Assembly: GCA_902597515.1 (NCBI GenBank)
Contig: CACJYB010000002.1
Coordinates: forward strand, 5,065 to 69,064
Reading direction: 5' to 3'
DNA length: 64,000 nucleotides
DNA from: an uncultured Pelagibacteraceae bacterium
GTDB taxonomy: Bacteria; Pseudomonadota; Alphaproteobacteria; Pelagibacterales; Pelagibacteraceae
Shown: piece after piece, positions 20,076 to 28,886 of the stretch
Numbering within the stretch: the stretch's first letter is position 1
Layout of the letters: the number at the start of each line of letters is the position of its first letter
Position numbers and translations under genes: made by a program
Notes under the pieces: model-generated
What the model saw: only the letters and a program-made list of their open reading frames with translations
The model's database searches: none
What the model was told of the DNA's origin: nothing

Positions 20076-20150
20076 TTGACATAACTTATAGAAAAAAATA
20101 AAAATATGTTAACAGCGAATCAATTTGATTCGTTTAACTAAAAAAGGGAG
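20076..20150 (+). promoter_or_regulatory. Promoter and leader of the small basic-protein gene
   Basis: TTGACA 20076-20081, weak -10 TAAAAA after 17 bp; palindrome CGAATCAA-T-TTGATTCG 20116-20132; SD AAGGGAG 20144-20150. Confidence 0.6.
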
Positions 20151-20156
20151 CTAAAG

Positions 20157-20249
20157 ATGCCTAAGAAAAGAAAAAAAGCGGCAAAGAAAACTAAGAAAAA
20201 AGCTAAGAAAAAAGCTAAGAAAAAAGCAAAAAAAAGAAGAAGAAAATAG
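20157..20249 (+). CDS. 30-aa Lys/Arg/Ala-rich basic protein (histone H1/protamine-like); not in ORF track
   Basis: MPKKRKKAAKKTKKKAKKKAKKKAKKRRRK; SD 6 nt upstream; own promoter and terminator. Confidence 0.8.
   Translation: MPKKRKKAAKKTKKKAKKKAKKKAKKRRRK
20191..20226 (+). repeat. 12-bp tandem repeat CTAAGAAAAAAG x3 inside the basic mini-gene
   Basis: Three perfect copies, in frame (KKKA units). Confidence 0.9.
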
Positions 20250-20267
20250 TAACTTAGTATTCTTTAC

Positions 20268-20310
20268 AAAAAACGCTTCTCATTACAGTTTGTGTGAGAG
20301 GCGTTTTTTT
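20268..20310. terminator. Bidirectional rho-independent terminator between mini-gene and carD
   Basis: AAAAAACGCTTCTCA...TGAGAGGCGTTTTTTT: stem with A-tract before and T-tract after. Confidence 0.85.
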
Positions 20311-21197
20311 TATTCGTCAATTGGCTCGTCGCTATCAGAAATTGGCTCGTCTACAGGTAGCTCACTAGTTGGAGCTTTTGTAGTTGCCACTGGTTGGGCC
20401 TGTCCACCTAAATTCCTTTTTAGTGCTTTATCTAATTTTTTCTGAGTATCCTCTAAAGAAACATTCAAAACAATCTGAAATTCAGACAAAATTCTTTCAT
20501 AGGCTTTTTCAAACAATTGTCTTTCACTATAAGATTGATCAACCATAAGATCATCACCTTTATTTAAATCTCTAACAACTTCAGCCAACTCATATATTTT
20601 TCCTGAAGAGATTTTAGCTTCATATTCTTGTGCTCTTCGACTCCACATTGACCTTTTTATTTTTGGTTTGCTTTTTAATATTGAAATACATTTGTTAACT
20701 TGGTTAATAGTTGCTAACGGCCTTAGGTGAGATTGTTTGTTTACAGGCACCATTCCATTAGCTTTATCTTTTTCAAATTTAATAACATATGTTTCAACAT
20801 CAATTCCCCCAATGTTAATTTTTTTAAATTCGGTAATTTGCCCTACTCCATGTTTTGGATAAACAACATGATCTTTAATCTTGTATTCTCTTTTTTCAGT
20901 TTCTTGTTTTTTAACTTTCTTTATCTCAGGTTTAACTTCGTTTGTTTTTGAAATTCTTAAATTATCTACTTTTGGCTCAGCTGTTGTTTCTGTAACTTTA
21001 ACAGTTTTTTTTATTTTACTTTTTTTAGGTGAAACTTTTTTAACAACTTTCTTGACTTTTTTTATAATTATTTTTTTAGCTTTTTTAGCTTTTTTAGCTT
21101 TTACAACCTTTTTTTTAGAAACTTTTCTTTTCACCTTTTTGTCTGTTTTGCCTTTAAAGATTTTCTTTAAAATATTTTTCGTACTTATTTTGCTCAT
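20310..21197 (-). CDS. carD: CarD/CdnL family transcription factor with Lys-rich N-terminal extension and acidic tail
   Basis: [22 protein letters not shown] (conserved Trp), [18 protein letters not shown]; start uncertain (ATG 21197 or GTG 21134). Confidence 0.9.
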   Translation of the reverse strand: MSKISTKNILKKIFKGKTDKKVKRKVSKKKVVKAKKAKKAKKIIIKKVKKVVKKVSPKKSKIKKTVKVTETTAEPKVDNLRISKTNEVKPEIKKVKKQETEKREYKIKDHVVYPKHGVGQITEFKKINIGGIDVETYVIKFEKDKANGMVPVNKQSHLRPLATINQVNKCISILKSKPKIKRSMWSRRAQEYEAKISSGKIYELAEVVRDLNKGDDLMVDQSYSERQLFEKAYERILSEFQIVLNVSLEDTQKKLDKALKRNLGGQAQPVATTKAPTSELPVDEPISDSDEPIDE

Positions 21198-21480
21198 TTT
21201 TAAATTTCTCGTGATCCGCAGGTGGATCTTTCTTTTCACTTATGTTAGGCCAGATTTCAGAATACTTTTTATTGATCTCTAACCATTTTTCACTTCCAGG
21301 TTCGGTGTCTGCTTTTATGGCATCGACAGGACATTCTGGCTCGCAAACGCCACAATCTATACACTCATCGGGTTTAATTACAAGCATATTTTTACCTTCG
21401 TAAAAGCAATCAACTGGGCAGACATCAACACAGTCTGTTAGTTTGCATTTAATACAATTGTCGTTAACGATATAAGTCAT
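21154..21480 (-). CDS. fdxA: 7Fe ferredoxin
   Basis: [29 protein letters not shown]...[12 protein letters not shown]. Confidence 0.95.
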   Translation of the reverse strand: MTYIVNDNCIKCKLTDCVDVCPVDCFYEGKNMLVIKPDECIDCGVCEPECPVDAIKADTEPGSEKWLEINKKYSEIWPNISEKKDPPADHEKFKNEQNKYEKYFKENL

Positions 21481-21887
21481 TTTGAATTTCGTTTAATTTT
21501 TTCTTTAATATCGCCCATAGTTTTGTTGTCAATATAAAGTAATCCCGCAAGTCGTCTCATTAAATTAGTTTCGTACATATCAGCATCATTGTTTGAGTAA
21601 ATGATAGACCATAAAGCCTCTATGATTTTAATTTTGTCTTGTTCAGGTAAATTTTTTACTTCTCTAGTAAAATCTAAAATTTGATTTGAGTTTTCTTCAA
21701 TTACTTTTGCTTCTTTAATTGTTTTAGCAATATTTTCATCTTCTACGCCAAGCTCATTAAGTGTTTTTTTAATAATTTCTTCCTCTTTATCTGTGTAATT
21801 CTCATCAATTTTAGCAGCATGAATTAATAAAGCACAAACTTTTGTTAGAAAATTATTATTTTTTTTTTCTTCTTTTTTAAAAAACAT
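21477..21887 (-). CDS. TerB-family (tellurite resistance-like) protein
   Basis: [32 protein letters not shown]. Confidence 0.75.
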   Translation of the reverse strand: MFFKKEEKKNNNFLTKVCALLIHAAKIDENYTDKEEEIIKKTLNELGVEDENIAKTIKEAKVIEENSNQILDFTREVKNLPEQDKIKIIEALWSIIYSNNDADMYETNLMRRLAGLLYIDNKTMGDIKEKIKRNSK

Positions 21888-21888
21888 T

Positions 21889-24369
21889 TTAACTTAAATT
21901 TAAATTCTTTAATATTTTAAATGGATTTTCATTTGAGATCTTCTTTTGAGAAATTTTTTTAAATTTCTTAGTAGGACTATATTTAAAAAATGTTTCATTT
22001 TCTTTTTCAAATATTTTATAATTCATTTTTTGAAGTAATTTTTTAAAATTATCTTTACTACATCCTAAAAGATTTAACATTTCTGGAACTAATTTTATTT
22101 CAGAATTTTCTTTTGAACTAGAATTTATTATTAATACAAATAATCTTTCCAAAATATCAATTCTTACAAAAAAATTATCAAATCTTTCAAATCCACACAA
22201 AAGCATAAAGTTTTTATTGTTTATTTCTTTATCATCTAAAAAATTCAAACCGAAGGTAGGAGGTTTTAAATTATGAAATTTTTGATAAAAATTTTTCCAC
22301 AATAATGTTCTCAAAGATACTGCTTCTGGTTTAATTAATTGATAAAGGAAAACATGATATCTTCCAAACTTTACTCCTAAGTCTCTAAGAATTTTTCTTT
22401 CATTTTGTTCTAGATTTTTTAAGTATTCAGAAACTTGCTCTCGTTTTAATACCCCATTATTTTCATAGAGCTGGTATGCAAGTGCTTTAATTGATGAATT
22501 ATTTTCTTTTATATTTTTTAAATCAATTAAACTTTTAAGAACGTTATTTATTTTTGAATGTATCCATTTATTAACATAGTCATTTAATTTCTGTTTAGTG
22601 TTTTGTTCAATGATATCATCAACGATTAAATCAAAATTAGGATTTAAATAATCATTACCCGTTGTTAATTTAGCAATTGGGAAATCATTCCAGTAAATTT
22701 TAAAATCTTCATTCAAACTAATTAATCCTGTATCAATTATTGATTGAACACGTTTTTCTAATTCCGGACCAATAGTTTGTCTTGCAGCTTTTTTTAAAGA
22801 TTTAATATCAGTTTCCAAAGCACCTTTTTTTAAATCTAGTTCTAATTTTAGCCCTTTTATCTTTCCGATGAATTGATCGTCAATTTTAACATCATTGTTT
22901 TGTAAAATTTCAGTTTTAAATTCCATATCTTGTTTTAAACCTCTAGCGAGCACGCTTGCTCTTTTGTCAATAAAAGTTTTAGTAAGTTCTTCATGTAATC
23001 TGTCTGAAAGTCTATCTTCTAAGTGTTTAGTTTTTTCAATCCAATAACTTTGATTTTCTACCCAATTATTTTTATTCGAAACATATGACCAAGTCCTGAC
23101 ATTTGCAATTCTATTTGATAAAGAATCTACATTTCCATCTAATTTATCTAGTTTCATGAGCTGTAATCTCATATAATCTTCAGAAATTAGTCCTTTTTTG
23201 CTAGTTAAAAACTTAAATACATTTCCAATAACTTCAAAATGATTTCCATAAGTTTTTTTTACAAAATCAGGTATTTGGCAACATTCCCACAAGAGCATTA
23301 AAGTTTTCTTATCAAATTCTTTATTTAAAATTTTTTGATCTTTTAAAAAATATTTAAGTGCTTTTTCATCCTCACATTCATGAATTTTTCTTAGCCATTC
23401 CACCTGAGGTTTTTCCTCTAAACTTTTAATTAAACTAATTGGGTTATTGAAATTAAGATTTGAATTTCTCCAAAACAAAGTTCTTATTTCTTCAAATTTA
23501 TGATTTTCTAATAATTCTACCTCTTCTGGAGATATTTCTTTACAATCACCAGTAATACCAAAACTTCCATCGTTAAGGTATCGACCAGCTCTACCGGCTA
23601 TTTGACCTATTTCAGATAAATTTAATCTTCTTAATTTTTTTCCATCAAATTTCTTAACATTTGAAAAATAAACAAAATCTAAATCCATGTTTATTCCCAT
23701 CCCAATTGCATCTGTTGCAACTAGGAAATCAACATCCCCAGATTGATATAATTCAACTTGAGCATTTCTTGTTTTTGGACTTAGTGATCCCATTACAATA
23801 GCGGCACCACCCTTTTGTCTTCTTATTAACTCAGCGATTGCATAAACCTCCTCTGCTGAAAATGCAATGATTGCTGTTTTTCTGTCAATTCTTGATACTT
23901 TTTTATGACCAGCGTAGGTAAGTTTAGATAGTCTTTCTCTATTTATAAATTCAATATCTCCATCTAATTTTGAAATAATATTTTTAATGGTACTTGAGCC
24001 CATTAGCATTGTGAGTTTTTCCCCCCTCATATTTAAAAGTCTATCAGTAAAAATATGACCTCTTTCATGATCAGAGCACATTTGAATCTCGTCAACGCCA
24101 ACAAACTCAAGATGTTTGTCAATTGGCATAGACTCCACTGTGCATAAAAAATATTTTGCATTAGATGGGATTATTTTTTCTTCTCCAGTTATAAGTGCAA
24201 CTTTATCTAAACTTATTTTCTTGATTACTTTGTCATATACTTCTCTAGCAAGTAATCTAAGTGGAAATCCAATCATGCCACTCTCAAAAGAAAGCATGGT
24301 TTCGATAGCAAGATAGGTTTTGCCTGTATTTGTAGGACCGAGAACAGCTGTAATTTTATTTTTAGTCAT
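21889..24369 (-). CDS. Suv3-like superfamily 2 helicase
   Basis: GPTNTGKT, PLRLLARE, CTVESM, DEIQ, ATDAIGMG.N, QIAGRAGR. Confidence 0.9.
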   Translation of the reverse strand: MTKNKITAVLGPTNTGKTYLAIETMLSFESGMIGFPLRLLAREVYDKVIKKISLDKVALITGEEKIIPSNAKYFLCTVESMPIDKHLEFVGVDEIQMCSDHERGHIFTDRLLNMRGEKLTMLMGSSTIKNIISKLDGDIEFINRERLSKLTYAGHKKVSRIDRKTAIIAFSAEEVYAIAELIRRQKGGAAIVMGSLSPKTRNAQVELYQSGDVDFLVATDAIGMGINMDLDFVYFSNVKKFDGKKLRRLNLSEIGQIAGRAGRYLNDGSFGITGDCKEISPEEVELLENHKFEEIRTLFWRNSNLNFNNPISLIKSLEEKPQVEWLRKIHECEDEKALKYFLKDQKILNKEFDKKTLMLLWECCQIPDFVKKTYGNHFEVIGNVFKFLTSKKGLISEDYMRLQLMKLDKLDGNVDSLSNRIANVRTWSYVSNKNNWVENQSYWIEKTKHLEDRLSDRLHEELTKTFIDKRASVLARGLKQDMEFKTEILQNNDVKIDDQFIGKIKGLKLELDLKKGALETDIKSLKKAARQTIGPELEKRVQSIIDTGLISLNEDFKIYWNDFPIAKLTTGNDYLNPNFDLIVDDIIEQNTKQKLNDYVNKWIHSKINNVLKSLIDLKNIKENNSSIKALAYQLYENNGVLKREQVSEYLKNLEQNERKILRDLGVKFGRYHVFLYQLIKPEAVSLRTLLWKNFYQKFHNLKPPTFGLNFLDDKEINNKNFMLLCGFERFDNFFVRIDILERLFVLIINSSSKENSEIKLVPEMLNLLGCSKDNFKKLLQKMNYKIFEKENETFFKYSPTKKFKKISQKKISNENPFKILKNLNLS

Positions 24370-24542
24370 TTCTATCTTTTGTGCTTCTTTTTTTTTACCT
24401 ACCAGATATTGTTACTGCTAAAGAACAAAAATAGACTAAAACATGACCGAATCGGAGGGTAAAAAGTTCTCATTTTCTTTTAAATGTTAGTGAGATTATC
24501 ATAAATAAGATTAATTCTATAACAGTAATTTAATTTAATAAA

Positions 24543-26504
24543 ATGAGTAAAAAACTTTGGCAACCTTCTATAATTGTAAAAAAAAATTCAAATTTATTTG
24601 CTTTTGAAAATTACATTTCAAAAAAATTAAAAATAAAATTTAATAAAAACTATAAAAAATTATTAAATTGGAGTATTAAAAATTCACCTGAGTTTTGGAG
24701 TAGATTTTGGGATTTTAGCAAAATAAAGGGATTTAAAAGTAATAAAAATTTCAGAAAATCAAAGACTTTTTATAAAAATTTATTTTTACCAGGCAGCAGA
24801 CTAAATTTTGGTGAAAATTTATTATCTAAAAACAACAATGACAAAGCAGTAACCTTTATTAGTGAAAATGGATTTAGAGAAGAAAGATCATGGAGACAAT
24901 TAAATTTAAATACTAATAAAATTTCAAAGTTTCTAAAAAAAATAAATATTAAAAAAGGAGATAGAGTAGCTGCATATATGCCAAATACTATTGAAACTGT
25001 TGAAGCATTCATTGCTACAACTTCTTTGGGAGGTATTTGGTCTTCTTGTAGTCCTGATTTTGGATCTAAAGGGGTTATAGAAAGATTTTCTCAAATTAAT
25101 CCAAAAGTTTTATTCATTACTGATCAGTATTTTTATAATGGAAAAAAAATAGATATTTTAAATAGACTTCCAGAGATTTTAAAATTAATTCCATCAATTA
25201 AAAGTGTTGTAATTAGTAACTATCCTGGAAAAAAGTTTATTAAAAATAAATATAAATTTAAAAAAATTAATTTATTTAAATGGAATGAGTTAATGCAGAC
25301 TAATACTGAAAAAATTGATTTCAAAAGATTTGATTTTGAAACAGAGTTAGCAATATTATATTCAAGTGGAACTACTGGAAAACCTAAATGCATTTGTCAT
25401 CGATCTGGTGGTGTTTTAATCCAGCATATGAAGGAACATCAATTACATTGTAATATTAAAGAAAATGATAACGTTTTTTATTTTACCACATGTGGATGGA
25501 TGATGTGGAATTGGTTGGTTAGTTCATTAGCTTCGAAGGCATCTATTGTTCTTTTTGATGGATCACCAATGTTTAAATCATCCGATTTGCTTTTGAAAAT
25601 AGCACAAAGAGAAAAAATAACTTTATTTGGAATAAGTGCGAAGTATGTAGATGCTTTAAGAAAATTTAAACCAAAATTAAAATATAAATTTAAACTAAAT
25701 AAACTAAGAACAATTTGTTCAACTGGCTCACCTCTTTCAGAAGAAAGTTTTAAATATGTTTATAAGCATATTAAAAAAAATGTGCACTTGTCATCTATTT
25801 CTGGTGGTACCGATATTGTTTCGTGCTTCGTATTAGGAAATTTATATCAGCCAGTGAATATAGGAGAAATACAAAACAATGGTTTGGCTTTAGATGTAGA
25901 TGTTTTAAGTGATAAAGGGAAGTCTTTAAAAAATAGTAAAGGAGAACTTGTCTGTAAAAATCCCTTTCCATCAATGCCTTTAAAGTTTTGGAATGATAAA
26001 AATGATATTAAACTTAATAGCGCTTATTTTAATAGATTTAAAAATATATGGCACCATGGAGATTACGCAGAGATAAAAAATAGTGGTGGATATATAATTC
26101 ATGGAAGATCAGATACCACTTTAAATCCAGGAGGTGTAAGACTTGGAACAGCAGAGATATATTCAGAAGTTGAAAAGTTTAAAGAAATAAAAGAGTCTAT
26201 TGTTGTAGGACAATCATGGGATAATGATGTTAGAATAGTTTTATTTATTATAATGAGCAAAAATTATTCATTAACAACAAAATTAATCAACAAAATTAAA
26301 TTACAAATAAAAAAAAATGCATCTCCTAGACATGTTCCAAGTAAAATTATTGTTGTAAAAGATATACCTCGAACAAAAAGTGGCAAAATAGTTGAACTTG
26401 CAGTTAAAAGTAAGATAGAAGGAAGTCAAATTAAAAACATTGAAGCTTTAGCAAATCCCGAAGCTCTTGAACAATTTAATAATTTAAAAGAATTGAGCAA
26501 TTAA
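24543..26504 (+). CDS. Acetoacetate--CoA ligase
   Basis: WSSCSPDFG, SSGTTGKPKC, TTCGWMMWNW, SGGTD, GRSDTTLNPGGVRLG. Confidence 0.93.
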   Translation: MSKKLWQPSIIVKKNSNLFAFENYISKKLKIKFNKNYKKLLNWSIKNSPEFWSRFWDFSKIKGFKSNKNFRKSKTFYKNLFLPGSRLNFGENLLSKNNNDKAVTFISENGFREERSWRQLNLNTNKISKFLKKINIKKGDRVAAYMPNTIETVEAFIATTSLGGIWSSCSPDFGSKGVIERFSQINPKVLFITDQYFYNGKKIDILNRLPEILKLIPSIKSVVISNYPGKKFIKNKYKFKKINLFKWNELMQTNTEKIDFKRFDFETELAILYSSGTTGKPKCICHRSGGVLIQHMKEHQLHCNIKENDNVFYFTTCGWMMWNWLVSSLASKASIVLFDGSPMFKSSDLLLKIAQREKITLFGISAKYVDALRKFKPKLKYKFKLNKLRTICSTGSPLSEESFKYVYKHIKKNVHLSSISGGTDIVSCFVLGNLYQPVNIGEIQNNGLALDVDVLSDKGKSLKNSKGELVCKNPFPSMPLKFWNDKNDIKLNSAYFNRFKNIWHHGDYAEIKNSGGYIIHGRSDTTLNPGGVRLGTAEIYSEVEKFKEIKESIVVGQSWDNDVRIVLFIIMSKNYSLTTKLINKIKLQIKKNASPRHVPSKIIVVKDIPRTKSGKIVELAVKSKIEGSQIKNIEALANPEALEQFNNLKELSN

Positions 26505-27731
26505 ATGTTAAAAAATCTTGTCAAAGATCTGAGGCCTTCATCTACTCTTGCAATTAACGAAACTTCAAAACAATTAGAACAACAAGGAAAAAAAATCTTT
26601 AAATTTGGTTTTGGACAATCACCATTTAAAGTACCTGAGGATGTTGTTGAAGAATTAAAAAGTAATGCCTATCAAAACAAATATTTACCCATGCAGGGCC
26701 TTGAGGAATTAAGGGAAGCTGTAGCGAAATATTCATCTAAAAAGAAAAATTATAACTACAAAGCTAACAATGTAATTATTGGACCAGGATCTAAAGAATT
26801 AATGTTTTTATTACATGTAATTTTTGATGGTGAAATTATATTGCCAGCACCCAGTTGGGTTTCATATGCACCACAAGCTATTTTAGGGAGAAATAAAATT
26901 CAAATTCTCCAAACAGAAAGAGGAAACAACTGGTTTCCTATTGGACCACAGATTGAGAAAATCATATTAAAAGATAAAGATAAAAATTATTTATTATTTT
27001 TAAATTCACCGAACAATCCTTCTGGACAGGTTTGTAACAAATTAGAAGAAATTTCAGAAATTGCCAAAAAGTATAATCTTATAATTTTATCGGATGAAAT
27101 ATATTCAGAATTAACATTTTCAAAAAATTTTAAATCTATCTCAAGTTATTGTCCTGAAAAAACTATTATTAGTACTGGACTTAGTAAATGGTGTGGTGCA
27201 GGAGGATGGAGACTTGGTTATTTTATAATTCCAGATGAATTGAATAATATAAAAAATATGATCAATGTATTAGCTAGTGAAACTTTTTCTGCTGTGAGCG
27301 CACCTATTCAGTATGCAGCAATCAAAGCTTACGAAAATGATCATTCAAATTATATTACAAAATCAGTAAATATTTTAAGTGCAGTTGGTAAATATGTTTT
27401 TTCAAATTTAAAATCAAATAAGGTATTGATTAATGAACCTCATGGAGGATTTTATTTAATGCCAGAATTTTTAAATAACAAATTTAAAACTTCATCAGAA
27501 ATGTGTAAGGATATATTAAATAATACTGGAGTTGCTTTATTACCAGGTTCTGATTTTGGGTTTAATCCAGATAAAATGTTAGCAAGGTTAAGTTTTACAG
27601 ATTTTGATGGACAAGAGTTTATGAACAATATTGATGAAACAAAAAAAATTGATGAAAATTTAATTAATAAGTTTGCGCCAAGAGTAGTAGAAGGTGTTAA
27701 TAAACTAAAGAATTGGTCAGAAAACTTATAA
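26505..27731 (+). CDS. Class I/II PLP-dependent aminotransferase
   Basis: NSPNNPSG, SDEIY, SKWCGAGGWRLG. Confidence 0.9.
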   Translation: MLKNLVKDLRPSSTLAINETSKQLEQQGKKIFKFGFGQSPFKVPEDVVEELKSNAYQNKYLPMQGLEELREAVAKYSSKKKNYNYKANNVIIGPGSKELMFLLHVIFDGEIILPAPSWVSYAPQAILGRNKIQILQTERGNNWFPIGPQIEKIILKDKDKNYLLFLNSPNNPSGQVCNKLEEISEIAKKYNLIILSDEIYSELTFSKNFKSISSYCPEKTIISTGLSKWCGAGGWRLGYFIIPDELNNIKNMINVLASETFSAVSAPIQYAAIKAYENDHSNYITKSVNILSAVGKYVFSNLKSNKVLINEPHGGFYLMPEFLNNKFKTSSEMCKDILNNTGVALLPGSDFGFNPDKMLARLSFTDFDGQEFMNNIDETKKIDENLINKFAPRVVEGVNKLKNWSENL

Positions 27732-27810
27732 AATCACTCTGTACACCTACGATTATTTTTTGTTAGAATAAACTTATAAAAATAACGACATATAAATAGA
27801 GGGGTAAACA

Positions 27811-28815
27811 ATGAGAAAAATAATCACATCTCTATCAAGTGCTTTACTGATTTTATTTGCATCATTGTCTTTGACAACTGTTGCTAAATCAGCTGAGTTC
27901 TTTACGATAGGAACAGGCGGACCTACAGGAGTATACTTCCAAACAGGGAACGCTATATGTAAAATGCTACACAAATCAGCAATTAGTGCTGAACATGGTA
28001 GAAAAAAAGGTACAGCTAAAGCTTATAGATGTACTGCTCCATCCACTGGTGGATCTAACTACAATATTGGTCAGATAGCAGCTGGAGAATTCCAATTTGG
28101 TGTAGCGCAATCAGACTGGCAGTATCATGCTGTTAATGGATCTAGTAAATGGGAAGGAAAACAATTTAGTAATTTGAGAGCAGTTTTCTCAGTTCACAAT
28201 GAGCCTTTTCAAATTTGGGCTAGAAAAAAAGCAAAAATTAAAGATTTTGCTGGATTAAAAGGAAAAGTAGTTAACATCGGTAATCCTGGTTCAGGTCAAA
28301 GAGGAACTATGGAAGAACTGATGAAAGCAATGGGTGTTGATAACAGTTTCTTTAAATCAACAACTGAACTTACATCTTCTGAACAAGTTAAAGCGCTATG
28401 TGACGGAAAAATAGATGCATTTGGTTATTCTGTTGGATTTCCAAATGGTGCTATGGAACAAGCAGCAACTTGTGCAGCTAAAGCATCTCCAATTAATTTA
28501 ACAGGTTCTGAGGTTCAAGGTTTAATTGATGGTGCAGATTATTATGCACAGGCAGTAATACCTAAAGGAACTTACACAGGTCAGAAAAAAGATGCTACAA
28601 CTTTTGGTGTAAAAGCTACTGTTGTTACTTCTGCAGATGTTTCTGAAGAGCTTGTTTATTTAGTTACAAAAGCTGTGATGGAAAATTTTGATGATTTCAA
28701 AAAACAACATCCAGCATTTGGATTCTTGGAAAAGAAAAACATGATTAAAGATGGTTTATCTGCTCCATTACATCCAGGTGCAATAAAATACTATAAAGAA
28801 GCTGGGTTAATGTAA
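27811..28815 (+). CDS. TAXI-family TRAP transporter solute-binding protein
   Basis: Signal peptide, IGTGGPTGVYF, STGGS..N, GNPGSGQR, PLHPGA.KYYKEAG; SD GAGGGG. Confidence 0.93.
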   Translation: MRKIITSLSSALLILFASLSLTTVAKSAEFFTIGTGGPTGVYFQTGNAICKMLHKSAISAEHGRKKGTAKAYRCTAPSTGGSNYNIGQIAAGEFQFGVAQSDWQYHAVNGSSKWEGKQFSNLRAVFSVHNEPFQIWARKKAKIKDFAGLKGKVVNIGNPGSGQRGTMEELMKAMGVDNSFFKSTTELTSSEQVKALCDGKIDAFGYSVGFPNGAMEQAATCAAKASPINLTGSEVQGLIDGADYYAQAVIPKGTYTGQKKDATTFGVKATVVTSADVSEELVYLVTKAVMENFDDFKKQHPAFGFLEKKNMIKDGLSAPLHPGAIKYYKEAGLM

Positions 28816-28832
28816 TCCAATTTTTATTAATT

Positions 28833-28868
28833 AAAAAGGCCTGGTAATTTTTACCGGGCCTTTTTTTT
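28833..28868 (+). terminator. Intra-operon terminator/stabilising hairpin after the TAXI binding-protein gene
   Basis: AAAAAGGCCTGGTAA-TTT-TTACCGGGCCTTTTTTTT. Confidence 0.85.
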
Positions 28869-28886
28869 ATGGTATGAATAATTTTA

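Noticed and set aside
20727-21282. Hydrophobic plus-strand ORFs antisense to carD
   Set aside because: Phe/Leu richness mirrors the Lys-rich sense strand; no RBS or family motif
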